Of a stretch of 64,000 bases of DNA, positions 12,241-23,260 are shown piece after piece. Both the position numbers and the translations under genes were made by a program. Source of the DNA: Sminthopsis crassicaudata (Eukaryota); NCBI RefSeq assembly GCF_048593235.1, contig NC_133620.1, positions 373,765,261 to 373,829,260 of the forward strand, read 5' to 3'. The notes below the pieces were generated by a model. That model searched no databases. It saw only the letters and a program-made list of their open reading frames with translations, and was not told the origin of the DNA. How positions within the stretch are numbered: the first letter of the stretch is position 1; the number at the start of each line of letters is the position of its first letter.

Positions 12241-12338
12241 TTTTTTGTTTTTTGTTTTTTTTTCTGAGGCAATTAGGGTTAAGTGACTTGCCCAGGGTCA
12301 CACAGCTAGCATTCCTGATATTGCTACTCGCTGCCCCT
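12241..12338 (-). mobile_element. WSINE1-like SINE with the middle replaced by foreign sequence
   Basis: T-tail plus ctgaggcaattagggttaagtgacttgcccagggtcacacagctag, then about 20 foreign nt, then ctgcccct (SINE 5' end). Confidence 0.8.
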
Positions 12339-13334
12339 GTTTGATCTATTCTTGGCCTTTCACTATCACTTAAAAGACCACTTTTTGTTATTCCTAACAC
12401 TCATTGCAAATGTCCCCTCTTTCTGGACTTTGGCATTCCTGATATTGCTACTTAGACCTTGACTACTCCGTTGATTTTTGAAGTCATTTTTAAAATGTCC
12501 TATTTAATTCCCCCGGTTACATGCACACACGATTTGTCACACTTAAACGTTTTCTCTGAGTTCTAGAGCCGTTTTTTCCTCCCTCCCCACCGCACCTCAC
12601 TGACAATGGAAGCACTTCAGCATAGATCGTACTCAGGTGGTCACGCAAAGCATCCCCATAACGGTCATGTTGTGAAAGAGACACACGGACCACAAAACCC
12701 GGGAACGTGGATGACTAGAAAAAGTACTCCACTTCCTGACCAGCAGAAAACGTCCGGAGTTTTACTGACACATGTGCGCCACTGACTGGATTGCGATGAC
12801 GTGGGAAAAGAACCCCGAGTTCCCCCAGCAGCAGAGGCCCCAGGAGGTGGGTTAGAGCATGCTCTAGCTCTCGTGTTTGGGAGGCTGCTGGTGGCCCAAA
12901 GGCAGGCCGAGGCTCCGGACCGTGGCCGACCTTTGTCTTGCTGCAACTGGTTAGCTTGAGAGAAAGGCAACCTCTTAGAAATGCCTGCCGCCCTCTGCTG
13001 CCCCCCTCTGGTTCTAGGGAGAAAACCGCGCTGGCGGTCAGCCATTTCCCTCTCCAGCATTCTGCCCCTGGGGCTAAGTGACTTGCGGGACCGTCCCGCG
13101 CGGTCAGCTTCGAACTCTCCATGCAGAGGCTGCGGAGCCACTCCTGGCCAGGTGGGGGCGGAGCTGGTCCGCATTGCCCAGAAAGCCAGCTAGAGCAGCT
13201 CGGTGACGGTCCGGACGAGGGAGCCGTTTCTCTGGGAGATGGGGACGCGTCCCGCGAAGGAGTCTGCGTTTCTCCCTGCTCCAGCAGTTTAGAGTAGTAA
13301 GGATCAGGGAGGGCGCTATTGGCCGAGGAACGGT

Positions 13335-13349
13335 GTCCCATAATGCACC
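13335..13349 (+). promoter_or_regulatory. ZNF143/Staf-binding-site-like motif GTCCCATAATGCACC
   Basis: Matches the SBS core TCCCAyAATGCAy and lies 13 nt from an inverted CCAAT box. Confidence 0.7.
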
Positions 13350-13398
13350 TGTTCGCGATGGGAGCGGGAGCGGGAAGGCCTGCAGCGTGAAGGTGAGA
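13350..13398 (+). other. Candidate non-coding first exon ending at donor AAG|GTGAGA (exon end 13392; start approximate)
   Basis: Strong donor just downstream of the ZNF143/CCAAT motifs. It contains only a 10-codon ORF (MGAGAGRPAA*). Confidence 0.45.
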
Positions 13399-13689
13399 GT
13401 CGCCTGCGTGGGCCGTCCTCCTCCCGTTAGTCCTCTGTCGCTACGAGCCGGAGGCAGAGGGGATCCAGATTTAGGGTGATGATAGTGTTTCTGATACCTT
13501 ATCTCTGCAGCTCTACACGGAGTACCGACACATGGTTTTTGCCTTAAGCAAATATTTTAGTGTTAGGGGTAGTGACGTCGTCCCTGAGATTAAGTCCCTG
13601 GTGTAGATGACAGTGCCGGGGAAGTAATCCATTCCCTCACAGCCATGCGGTCTACAGGGCTTCTTAATTGTATTCTAACAGACTTGGGA

Positions 13690-16090
13690 TGGGAAATGCC
13701 ATCTTTATCTGGACAGAGAACTAGGGAGACTGAATGTAGATTGAAGCATATTCTTTTTTTTTTTCATAAAATTTTAAAAATATATTTAAACATTTTTCCC
13801 ATTACATGTAAATTTTTTGCATTTATTTTAAAGTTCCAGATTCTCTCCTTTCCTCCTTGGCTCCAACCCCATTAAGAAGACAATATGAAGTTATGAAAAA
13901 TCTTTCCATTAGTTATGTTGTGAAAGAAAACATAGATCCCTCCTTCCCCTCAAAAAACGTAAAGAAAAATAAAGTTTAAAAAAAGTGCATGCCTTAATCT
14001 GTATTCGGACACAATCAGTTCTTTCTCTGGGCATGAATGGCATTTTTCATCATTAGTTCTTCAGAGTAGTCTTGGATCACGGTATTGCTGAGAGTAGCAG
14101 AGTCCTTCACATCTGATCATCCCACTGCTATTGCTATTACTTTGTACACAGCACATTTTACTTTGCTTGAATTCATGGAGGATTTTCTAGGTTTCTTCTG
14201 AGAGCATCCTGCTCATCATTTTCCACAGAACACTAAAATTCCATCATAATCATAGACTACAATTTAGTCAGTCATTCTCTAATTGATGGCCATCCTCTCA
14301 ATTTCCAATTCTTTATCTGAAAGCTACATTTTGATACATATAGATGCTTTAAATTTTCTTTTTTTTTTTTGGATTTATCCCTAGTAGTGATATTGTTAGG
14401 TCCAAGGTTGTGCACAGCTAGGTGGCGCAGTGGATAGAGCACCAGCCCTGAATTCAGGAGGACCCGAGTTCAACTGTGGTCTCAGACACTTAACACTATC
14501 TAGCTGTGTGACCCTGGGCAAGTCTCTTAACCCCAGTCTCAGAAAAAAAAAAAAAATATATATAGTCTTTTGAGCATAGTGCATATCTTTTGATCTTTTA
14601 TCAATTGGGATATGGCTTTAAAAAAAAATTGACTCTGTTCCCTATACATTTGAGAAATGAGGCCTTCAGAGAGACTGCTTCAAAATTCTTTTCCCAATTA
14701 CTATTGTTAACTAGATCTTTGTCCTGTTTCTTTTCTTTCTCCTTTCACTCTAACCCTTCTCAAAAGTGTTTTGTTACTGACCTTCCTCTCCCCCAAATGC
14801 CCTCTCTTCTGTCACTCTGCTTCCTTCCCCTATTCTCTTCTCAGGCAGGATAGATTTCTATACCCATATTGAATGTGAATGTTATTTCCTCTTCTGGTCA
14901 ATTCTGCCAAGATAAGGTTCACTCACTCCCCTTTCCCTTCGTTGTAAAAGTTTTTTCCTACCCCTTTTATGGCAGGTAATTTATATCATTCAACCTCTTC
15001 CTTTCCCATTTTCCCAATTCATTGCTCTCTCATCCCTTAATTTTATTTTTTTAGATATTATCTCTTCATATTCACCTCAAACTGGGCCCTCTGCCTATAT
15101 GTACTCCTTTTAATTGCCATAATAATGAGAAAGTTCTGATGAGTATCATCCTTCTATGTAGGAATGTAAACAGATAAACCTTACTTAGTCCCTTATAATA
15201 TCCCTTTCCTGATTACCTCCTTATGCTTCTTCTGAATTCTGTATTTAAAAATAAGATTTTCCAATCAGCTTTTGTCTTTTCATCATGAACCTTCAGTACT
15301 CTGTTTCACTGAATTCCCTAATTCACTCAGTTTTGCTAGTTAGGTGATTATTTGGTTGTAATTCTAGCTCTAATGCGGTCCAGAATATTATATTCCAAAC
15401 CCATCAATCTTTTAATGTAGAAGCTGATAAATCTTGTATTAGCCTATCTGTGGCTCCACTATACTCCTTGTTTCTTTCTAGATGCTTGTGATAGTTTCTC
15501 CCTGATCTGGGTGTTCTGGAATTTGGCTATAATATTCTTAAGAGTTTTCATTTTGGGAGGTGATTGATAGATTCTTTCAATTTCTATTCTACCTTCTGTT
15601 TCTAGAATATTAGGACAATTTTCCTTGATAATCTCTTGAAAGATGTCTAGCTCTTATATTGATCATGGTTTTCAGGTAGATCAATAATTTTTAAATTACC
15701 TCTTCTGGATCTATTTTCTAGGTCAGTTTTTTTTCTTTCCCCAATGATATATTTCACAGTTGTCCTTTTTTTCTTTTGGTTTTATTGTTTAATGTCTCAT
15801 AAAGTTATTTGCTTCCATTTGTTCAATTCAAATTTTCAAGGATTTATTTTCCCCAGTAAGTTTTTGTACCTCTCCCATTTGACCAATTTTGCTTTTTAAG
15901 GTATTCTCATTAGCTTTTTGTATATCCTTCTGCACCACTCTCAACTTTCTTTCAAAAGATTTTTTTCAAAAATCCCTTTTGAATTCCTCTATGGCTTCAG
16001 ACCAATTCTTATTTTTCTTGGAGGCTTTGGATGTAGAAGTTTTGACTTCTTCTGAGTATGTGTTTTGATCTTTCTTGTCCCCATAGTAAC
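13690..16090 (-). mobile_element. LINE-1 fragments (3'UTR and ORF1/inter-ORF region)
   Basis: T-rich antisense L1 sequence, including ORF1-like atgttttct...aatttggc motifs. Confidence 0.65.
14415..14556 (+). mobile_element. WSINE1-like SINE
   Basis: A box (tggcgcagtgg), B box (gagttcaa), A15 tail. Confidence 0.9.
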
Positions 16091-16699
16091 CCATACATAA
16101 AATAATTGTACATAATTTACATAGGAATGTATTTTTTTTCTATTAGAATATAATAGATATAATTAATCAGTAGGACCACTAAAGCGGAAGAATGCCACAA
16201 CTTTTAGAGGCTACTGTTTCCATTTTCAGAGAGGTCTTCTAATTATGAAGCTTTATATCATACTGAAACTTGACTTTTTACAACTTTGCCCTTTGGAGCC
16301 AAACAATAAGTCTATTTTTCTTCCAGATGAAAGCCTTTCAAGCCTTGAAGACAACTGTTGTGTTCCTATTGAGTTTTCTCTAAGCGAAAAATATCCAGTT
16401 CATTTCTTTCCTCATCATATGGCACAGACTTGAGGCCCTTCACTATTCTGATTATCCTCCTTTGTATGTTCTTCAGTTTATCAATATTCTCCATAAAATT
16501 GGTGCCCAGAGCTGAAAACAAAAGTCTAGATGTCTGACCAAAAATATTGGGAATCTTATCTTAGGAAGCTATAGCTCTTTTAATGTAGCTCTAGATCATA
16601 TTGGCTATCATATCAAACTTCTGATTCATACTGAACTTCTATTTTGGACATGTTAATGTGATATTCTTTTTTTGTGTGTGTGAGGCAATTGTAGTTAAG

Positions 16700-17440
16700 T
16701 GACAGAAAAAGATAAAGATGAATGGTGGAAGGGATGTGGGAAAACTGGGACACTGATATATTGCTGGTGGAATTGTGAATGGATCCAACCATTCTGGAGA
16801 GCAATGCTCAAAGGGAACATTCTTTAAAACATCAGTAGTGTTTCTATTGGGCCTGTATCCCAGAGAGATCATAAAAAAGGGAAAAGGACCCACATGTGTA
16901 AAAATGTTTGTGACAGACCTTTTTGTAGTAGTAAGGAACTGGAAACTGAGTGGATGCCCAACAGTTAGGGAATGGCTGAATAAGTTATGGTCTATGAATG
17001 TTATGGAATATTATTGTTCTATAAGAAACAATCAGCAGGATGATTTCAGAGAGGCCTAAAGAGATTTATATGAACTGATGCTGAATGAAATGAGCAGAGA
17101 TTATAGATGATCAGGACTAGGTTCTTTTTAAGAATGAGGTAATTCAGGCCAAGTCCAATAGACTTGTGATAGACAGAGCCATCTATATCCCGAGAGAGAA
17201 CTGTGGGCACTGAAATGGGATTGCAACATAGTATTTTTATTTCTTTTATTGTTTGCTTGTTTTCGTCTTTTTTTCCCCTCATTTTTTCCTTTTTGATGAT
17301 TTTTCTTGTGCAGCAAGATAATTGTGGAAATATATATGGAAGAATTGCACATGTTTAACACATATTGGATTAGTTTTGAAAGGTTAAATGTTGAAAATTA
17401 TCTTTGCCTATGTTTTGAAAATAAAAAGCTTTAATTAAAA
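16700..17440 (+). mobile_element. LINE-1 3' end
   Basis: ORF2 C-terminal remnant (ORF 16775-17059 ...GLYPREIIKKGKGPTCVKMF...WKLSGCPTVREWLNKLW). Confidence 0.85.
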
Positions 17441-18252
17441 ATACATAACTAATTGGTGATATGGGATTGAACATTATGAAATTGAGTAAAGCTGGATATA
17501 TAGATCTGGAAGTCCATCTGCATTGAGATGATAATTAAACCCAAATGGGTTAATGAGATCACCAAGTGAAAGAATGTAGAAAGAGAAGTGTGTTGGGCCT
17601 ATAATGACATCTTGTGAGATGACCAATGTTAGGAGACTAGGATTTGGGTAATTATTTTGTAAAGGAGACTGGAACTATCTATCAGATAGTCTAGGAGAAC
17701 CAAGAGAGTAGTGTCACAAAAACTGAGGTGAGAAAGTAAAAGAACTGGAAGGTGGCTAACAGAATCAAATGTTGCAGACAGAGATGGATGTTTGAAATTT
17801 GAAAAAAGGTCATCATATCTGGCAATTGAGAAATATTGCTAACTTTGGAGAGGATGGTTTTGCTTGAGTGATAAAGTAGGAAGCTGCAATAAAAGACTGA
17901 GAAGTGAAGGCAATGATTCTAGGAAGCTTTATCTAGGGAGTTTGACTTGAAAGGAGAGAAAAGATACAGAATGACAGCTTAAGGGGATGAATGAGTTGAG
18001 TAAGGGTATTTTCATGATGGGCATATTTGTGTGCAGCAGGGTAAAAATAAGTAGATAGCGAGAGAATGAAAATGAGAAAAAGACAGAATAGGGAGGGGGG
18101 AGAGAGACAGAGAGAGGCAAGAGAGAAGGAGGAGAGTATGAGGACAAATAGAGGCATGCAGAAAGAGACAGAAATAGATATATTTGATATGTATAAGAGC
18201 AGGGGTAATCTACTGGAAAAGATGGGAAGAGATGGGATCAAAAGTACATGTA

Positions 18253-18357
18253 GAGGCAGCTAGGTGGCGCAGTGGTTGGGCACCTATCCTGAAGTCAGGA
18301 GGACCCAAGTTCAAATCTGACTTCAGACACTTAACATTTCCTAGCTGTGTGACCCTC
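18253..18357 (+). mobile_element. WSINE1-like SINE, 3'-truncated, followed by a G-rich tract (18362-18407)
   Basis: gcagctaggtggcgcagtgg...aagttcaaatctg...tgtgaccct. Confidence 0.85.
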
Positions 18358-18695
18358 AAAAGGGGGAAGGGGGGAAGGGGGGAAGGAGGGAAGGGGGGGA
18401 GAGGGGAAGAAAGAATATTACTTTGCACATGAAGGCCAAGTTGAAGATAACTAATATAATAGAGATGCCTGCTGTTTGGACAAAAATCTCCTAGCCTAGC
18501 ATTCCCCTCTTTAAATACTAAGGAGTTTTGCCTGACCCTGTGACTCACAGACATGTCTTTAAAAGAAATATTTTCTCTATTAATAAACATTTAGTTTCTC
18601 TTCTTTCCCATCCTCACTATTGTGGGGGGAAAAAATTTAAAACAAAATCCTTATAATAAATACAGTCAGGCAAAACAAATTTCCATATCAGCAAC

Positions 18696-19270
18696 TGTAA
18701 GGGCCCTTTAAATGGGCTGCGCCACAGCGCATCATTGAGGCCCGGAAGTAATTTCTGTGGATATTAGGACTGCCTTGTAGGTGGGATCCTGTCCATTTTG
18801 AGATAGCTTCGTAATGGGCGACTCTCTTGCTGATTGGCTGTGTGTGTGACCTCACAGGCCCTATGTAAGCCCACTGCAGGCAGCAGTCACTCTCTTTAAC
18901 CTGGCGTTCTTCAGCCTGGCTCCCTAGCCTGGGTGGCCAAGCCGAGATGGGTAGCCAAAAGAGGTAAGGATTTTGGTAGTGAACACGTGGGTCTTCTGAC
19001 CAGGTGTTCACTCGGGAACCAACAAGTCAGGGCATCAGTCAGGGCATTATGTGAGTAGGTATAATAAAGGCTTTTAAGATTACACGTGGTTGTTCTTGAG
19101 TGCGCTACCGGTTATTAAGCTATAGATTCAAGAGATTGTGACCAGAGACCTTTGAAGGCCTCAGAGGAGGCGAGCCGGGTAGAGTTCACACTGCAAAGGA
19201 CAGTGGTCAAAGGTACTCTGGTGGGTCTAGGACAGACTAGTAATTGTAACTGCCAGGAGAGCACGTTACA
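18696..19270 (+). mobile_element. Solo endogenous retroviral LTR, 575 bp, 6-bp TSD
   Basis: TGTAA...TTACA termini; AGCAAC at 18690-18695 and 19271-19276; ATTGG 18833, TATGTAA 18862, AATAAA 19063. Confidence 0.9.
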
Positions 19271-19329
19271 AGCAACATCCAAATATAAATGGACTCATTC
19301 TGAATATTAGGGGTCATGACTTTCTCTAA

Positions 19330-22300
19330 CAAGCTAATCCCATTTATTCTGATTTCGAGGAGGGAAAGCTGAAAATGTGGGAGGGATATTATATAGGAAC
19401 CTAAAAGATAAAAACTTGGAATTTAGCTACTATGAATTCATCAGTGTCCGCTGGAACGGAGGTTACATAGGCAAGGTACCAGCAAGTAGGAACTGGATTT
19501 AAACATAAAGGCAGTATGCAAAGGAATTAAACTACTAGGCCTACTAGGACTAGAGCTTAGTTCCATCAGAGATATCCTAGTAAAGAAAAACATGACAGAA
19601 GAAACAATCATAAAGAACACTAAAGGCAATGTGTTACAAATTCCTACATCCATTCCTGGATGGCAAAGAAAAGGCTAGATTCCTGTGTAAATTCTGAGCA
19701 CAGACAAGCCTAGGCAGGTGGAAGGGCATGTAAATATTTCAAAGCAGGAGATAGGGCCAGAGTATTGCCCAAAATAGGTTGGCCATGGAGACCCAGATTC
19801 GATATGACACAGAGCCAGACAAGGGCAGCTTTCATCCAAGCCACTCTAGGGGACAATTCAAATGGAACTTCAGAGAAAAATAAAGACTGGACACAAAAAC
19901 AGGAGAGTACTGAATGAAACAAAAGATATAAAACAACAATTAAAGGAAACAACAATTGGGGGGAAATTATGGCAAGAAGAATTAATAGTTTAGAATAGAT
20001 GGGATAAAGCTTATACAAGAATAGAACTCTTGATACAAAGAATGAGACAAAACAACTCTGAGACAACAAAAAATATTAAAGCAAAATTTAAAAAACAAGA
20101 AAATATGAGATGCACATTCTCAAAAATAACTGACTTGGAAAACAGGTAAAGGAGAGATAATCTTAGAAATAGTGGACTATCTGACAATCATAGGCAGCAT
20201 TGCTCCCTTCTCCCTCAACCTGGATATCATATTCCAAAACATTGTATTTCAAAAAACATGATAACTGTCCAGGTTTCTTAGAAACAGAGGACAAAGTAAA
20301 AATAATTTCAAGAGAAAAAGTTTTAAGATCTTACTCAAGTAAAAATATTTCTTGAAAATTAGAATGAGTCAGAAAAGAAATAATTGCACAAGTCAACAAG
20401 AAGCAATGGAACAAAAGTAAAAAAGTGAAAAAAAGAAGAAAATATAAAGTATCTCGAATTAAGAACAACTAGCCTAAAACATATGCCAATGAGGGATAAT
20501 GTAAAAATCATTTTGTTGTAGTTTTCCAGCTGTGTCTGACTCTGTGACTCCACTTGCAAAAGTAGCAAAGGTACTGGAATTATTTGCCAATTCCTTCTCT
20601 ACTTCATTTTATAGATAAGGAAACTAAGGCAATCAGGGTTAAAGAACTTGTCCAGAGTCACACAGTAAGTGTCTGAGGCCAGATTTGAACTTGGTAAGAT
20701 AAATTTTCCTGAGTCTAGGCCATATACTCTATCCACTGCTCAAGAATCACTGGATTAACTCAAAACCTTGACCACCATCAAAAGCCTACAAATCGTATTT
20801 GATGAAAATAAGAATAAAAACTGGTTAGATCTCTGAGAATTGGTACACAAAGTGAAAATAGAAAGAATCCAATAGTCATGATAGGAAATAAAACCCCAAA
20901 ATGAAAACTCTTACAAACATCATTCCTCAAATCCATAATGTCTAGATTAAAGAAAAATAATATAAATAACCAGAAAAAAAAAAAAAAAAAGACTTCAAGT
21001 ACCAAAGAGACAGGCAGAATCACATAAGGTTTGGCTTCTATGTATCTAAGGAAGAGTTGAACTTGGGATAGAATATTCCAAAAGGTCAAAGATAAAGGCT
21101 TAGAGCCAAAAAATTAGATGTCTGGCAAAGTGGAAAAAAGTGGCAAAAAAGGAACCTTTTAATGAGATCATAAATAGATTAGAGGAACAGAGGATAGTCT
21201 ATCTCTCAGACCTGTAGAGGAGGAAGGAATTTATGACCAAAGGAGAACTAGAGATCATTATTGATCACAAAATAGAAAATTTTGATTACATCAAACTAAA
21301 ACGTTTCTAAAACAATACTAATGCAAATAAGATTAGAAGGGAAGTAACAAATTGGGAAAATATTTTTACAGTTAAAGGTTCTGATAAAGGTCTCATTTCC
21401 AAAATATATAGAGAACTGACCCTAATTTATAAGAAATCAAACAATTCTCCAATTGATAAATGGTCAAAGGATATGAACAGAGAATTTCATTTAAAATAAT
21501 TGTAGGCAATATAAAGTATTTGGGAGTCAACCTGTCAAGACAAACCCAGAGACTACATGAGCACAATTACAAAACACTTTTTACACAAGTCAGATTTAAA
21601 TAACTGGAAAAATATCAATTGCTCATGGTAGGCTGAGCTAATATAATAAACATGACAATTCCATCTAAATTAAGCTACTTATTCAGTGCCATGTCAATCA
21701 AACTGTGAAAAATTATTTTGTAGAGCTAGAAAAATAATTGTTGCTATAACAATCTGGAAGAACAAAAGTTCAAGAATAAAAAGAAGTAATGAAAAAAATG
21801 CAAAGGAAGAGGGCTTAGTCATACCAAATCTAAAACTATATTATAAAGTGGTAATCATTAAAGAAATAAGAGTGGGGGATCAGTGAAATAGGTTAGGTAC
21901 ATAAGACACAGTAGATAATAACTATAGGAATCAAGTGTTTGATAAACCAAAGACTTCAGCTTCTGGGGAAATTGGAAAATAATAAGCAAGAAACTAGTAC
22001 TGACTGACATCTCACATTGAATACTAAGTTAAGACCAAAATGGGTACATGATGTATACATAAAGAATACCATAAAGCAAGTTAGGAGAGCAAGGAATATC
22101 TGTCATATCTGTAGAGAAAGGAAAAACTTATTATGACCAAATGAAATAGTGAACATTATGAAATGCAAGATAGATAATCTTGATTACATTAAATTTAAAA
22201 GTTTTTGCACAAAGCCAATACGACCAAGATTAGAAGGAAAGCAGAGAGCTGAGAAACAATTTTTACAGTATTTCTGATGGTCTCATTTTTCAAATATATA

Positions 22301-23260
22301 GAGAACTGACTTTTAATTTTTGACTTTTGATTTTTAAGAATGCAAGTCATTCCTTAATTGATAAATAGTCAAAGGATATGAAGAGGCAGTTTTTAGATGA
22401 AGAAATTTAAGCCATTTAATCATATGAAAAAATGCTTTAAATTACTATTGACTAGAGAAATGTAAATTAAACAATTCTGAGATACCACCTCAGATCTATG
22501 AGATTGACTAATATGGGAGAAAAGGGAAAAACGATAAATGTTAAGAGAGGACGTGGAAAAATTGGAACATTGATGTACTATTAGTAGAGTTGCTGGAGAA
22601 TAATTTGGAACTCTGTCCAAAGGGCTATAAAACTCTGCATGCCCTTTGATCTAGCAATACCACTACTAGGTCTCAATCCTAGAAAGAACATAAAAACTGG
22701 AAAGGGACCCATATATACAAAAAAAATTTGTAGCAGCTCTCTTTGAGGTGGCAAAGAATTGGAAATTCCCCAATTGGGGAATGGCTAGACAAATTGTGGT
22801 AGATGACTATGGAAAACTGTTGTGTTATATGATGAGCAGGTGGATTTCAGAAAAATCTGGAGAGACAAGAACTGATGCTGAGCAAAGTGAGCAGAACCAG
22901 AACATTATACATAGCAATAGGGACATTATACAGATGATCAACTCTGATAAGACTTTGTTCTTCACAGCCATATAGTGATCTAAGACAATTCCAAAAGACT
23001 CATGATTGAAAATGCTATCTACATCCACTAAACTATGAATCTGAATACAGATTGGAGCATACTATTTTCCCTTTTGTTATTTCTTTTTCATGTGTTTTTG
23101 CTTTTGTTGTCTTTTACAATATGTAAAATATGGAAATGTTTAATATTAATTGTACATGTATAACCCACATCAGATTGCTCTCTATCTTGAGAGGAGGGCA
23201 TTATAAAAAGTGGAAACCAAGATCTTATAAAAATAAATGTTGAAAACAAATAAACTAAAA
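19330..23260 (+). mobile_element. Fragmented old LINE-1 (5'UTR/ORF1 remnants, ORF2 second half, 3'UTR) with MAR1-like SINE at ~20512-20745
   Basis: ORF2 remnants such as tgggagtcaacct, WKNINCSW-like ctggaaaaatatcaattgctcatgg, and IPNLKLYYK in ORF 21686-21886. Confidence 0.8.

Larger units (their letters stand above)
12570..13470. promoter_or_regulatory. CpG island, probable bidirectional promoter with no assignable gene
   Basis: The most CpG-dense stretch of the window. Motifs: GC box 13155-13163, ATTGG 13318-13322, ZNF143-type site 13336-13348, TGACGTGG 12797-12804, ETS-like CAGGAAGT (minus) 12731-12738. Confidence 0.85.

Noticed and set aside
13162-13191. AGCTGGTCCG start resembling a Y RNA 5' end
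   Set aside because: Too short; no bulged-C stem partner (CTTGAC) or T-run terminator
12715-13341. 208-aa minus-strand ORF across the CpG island
   Set aside because: Low-complexity P/S/G/A composition, no recognisable domain, expected in GC-rich DNA
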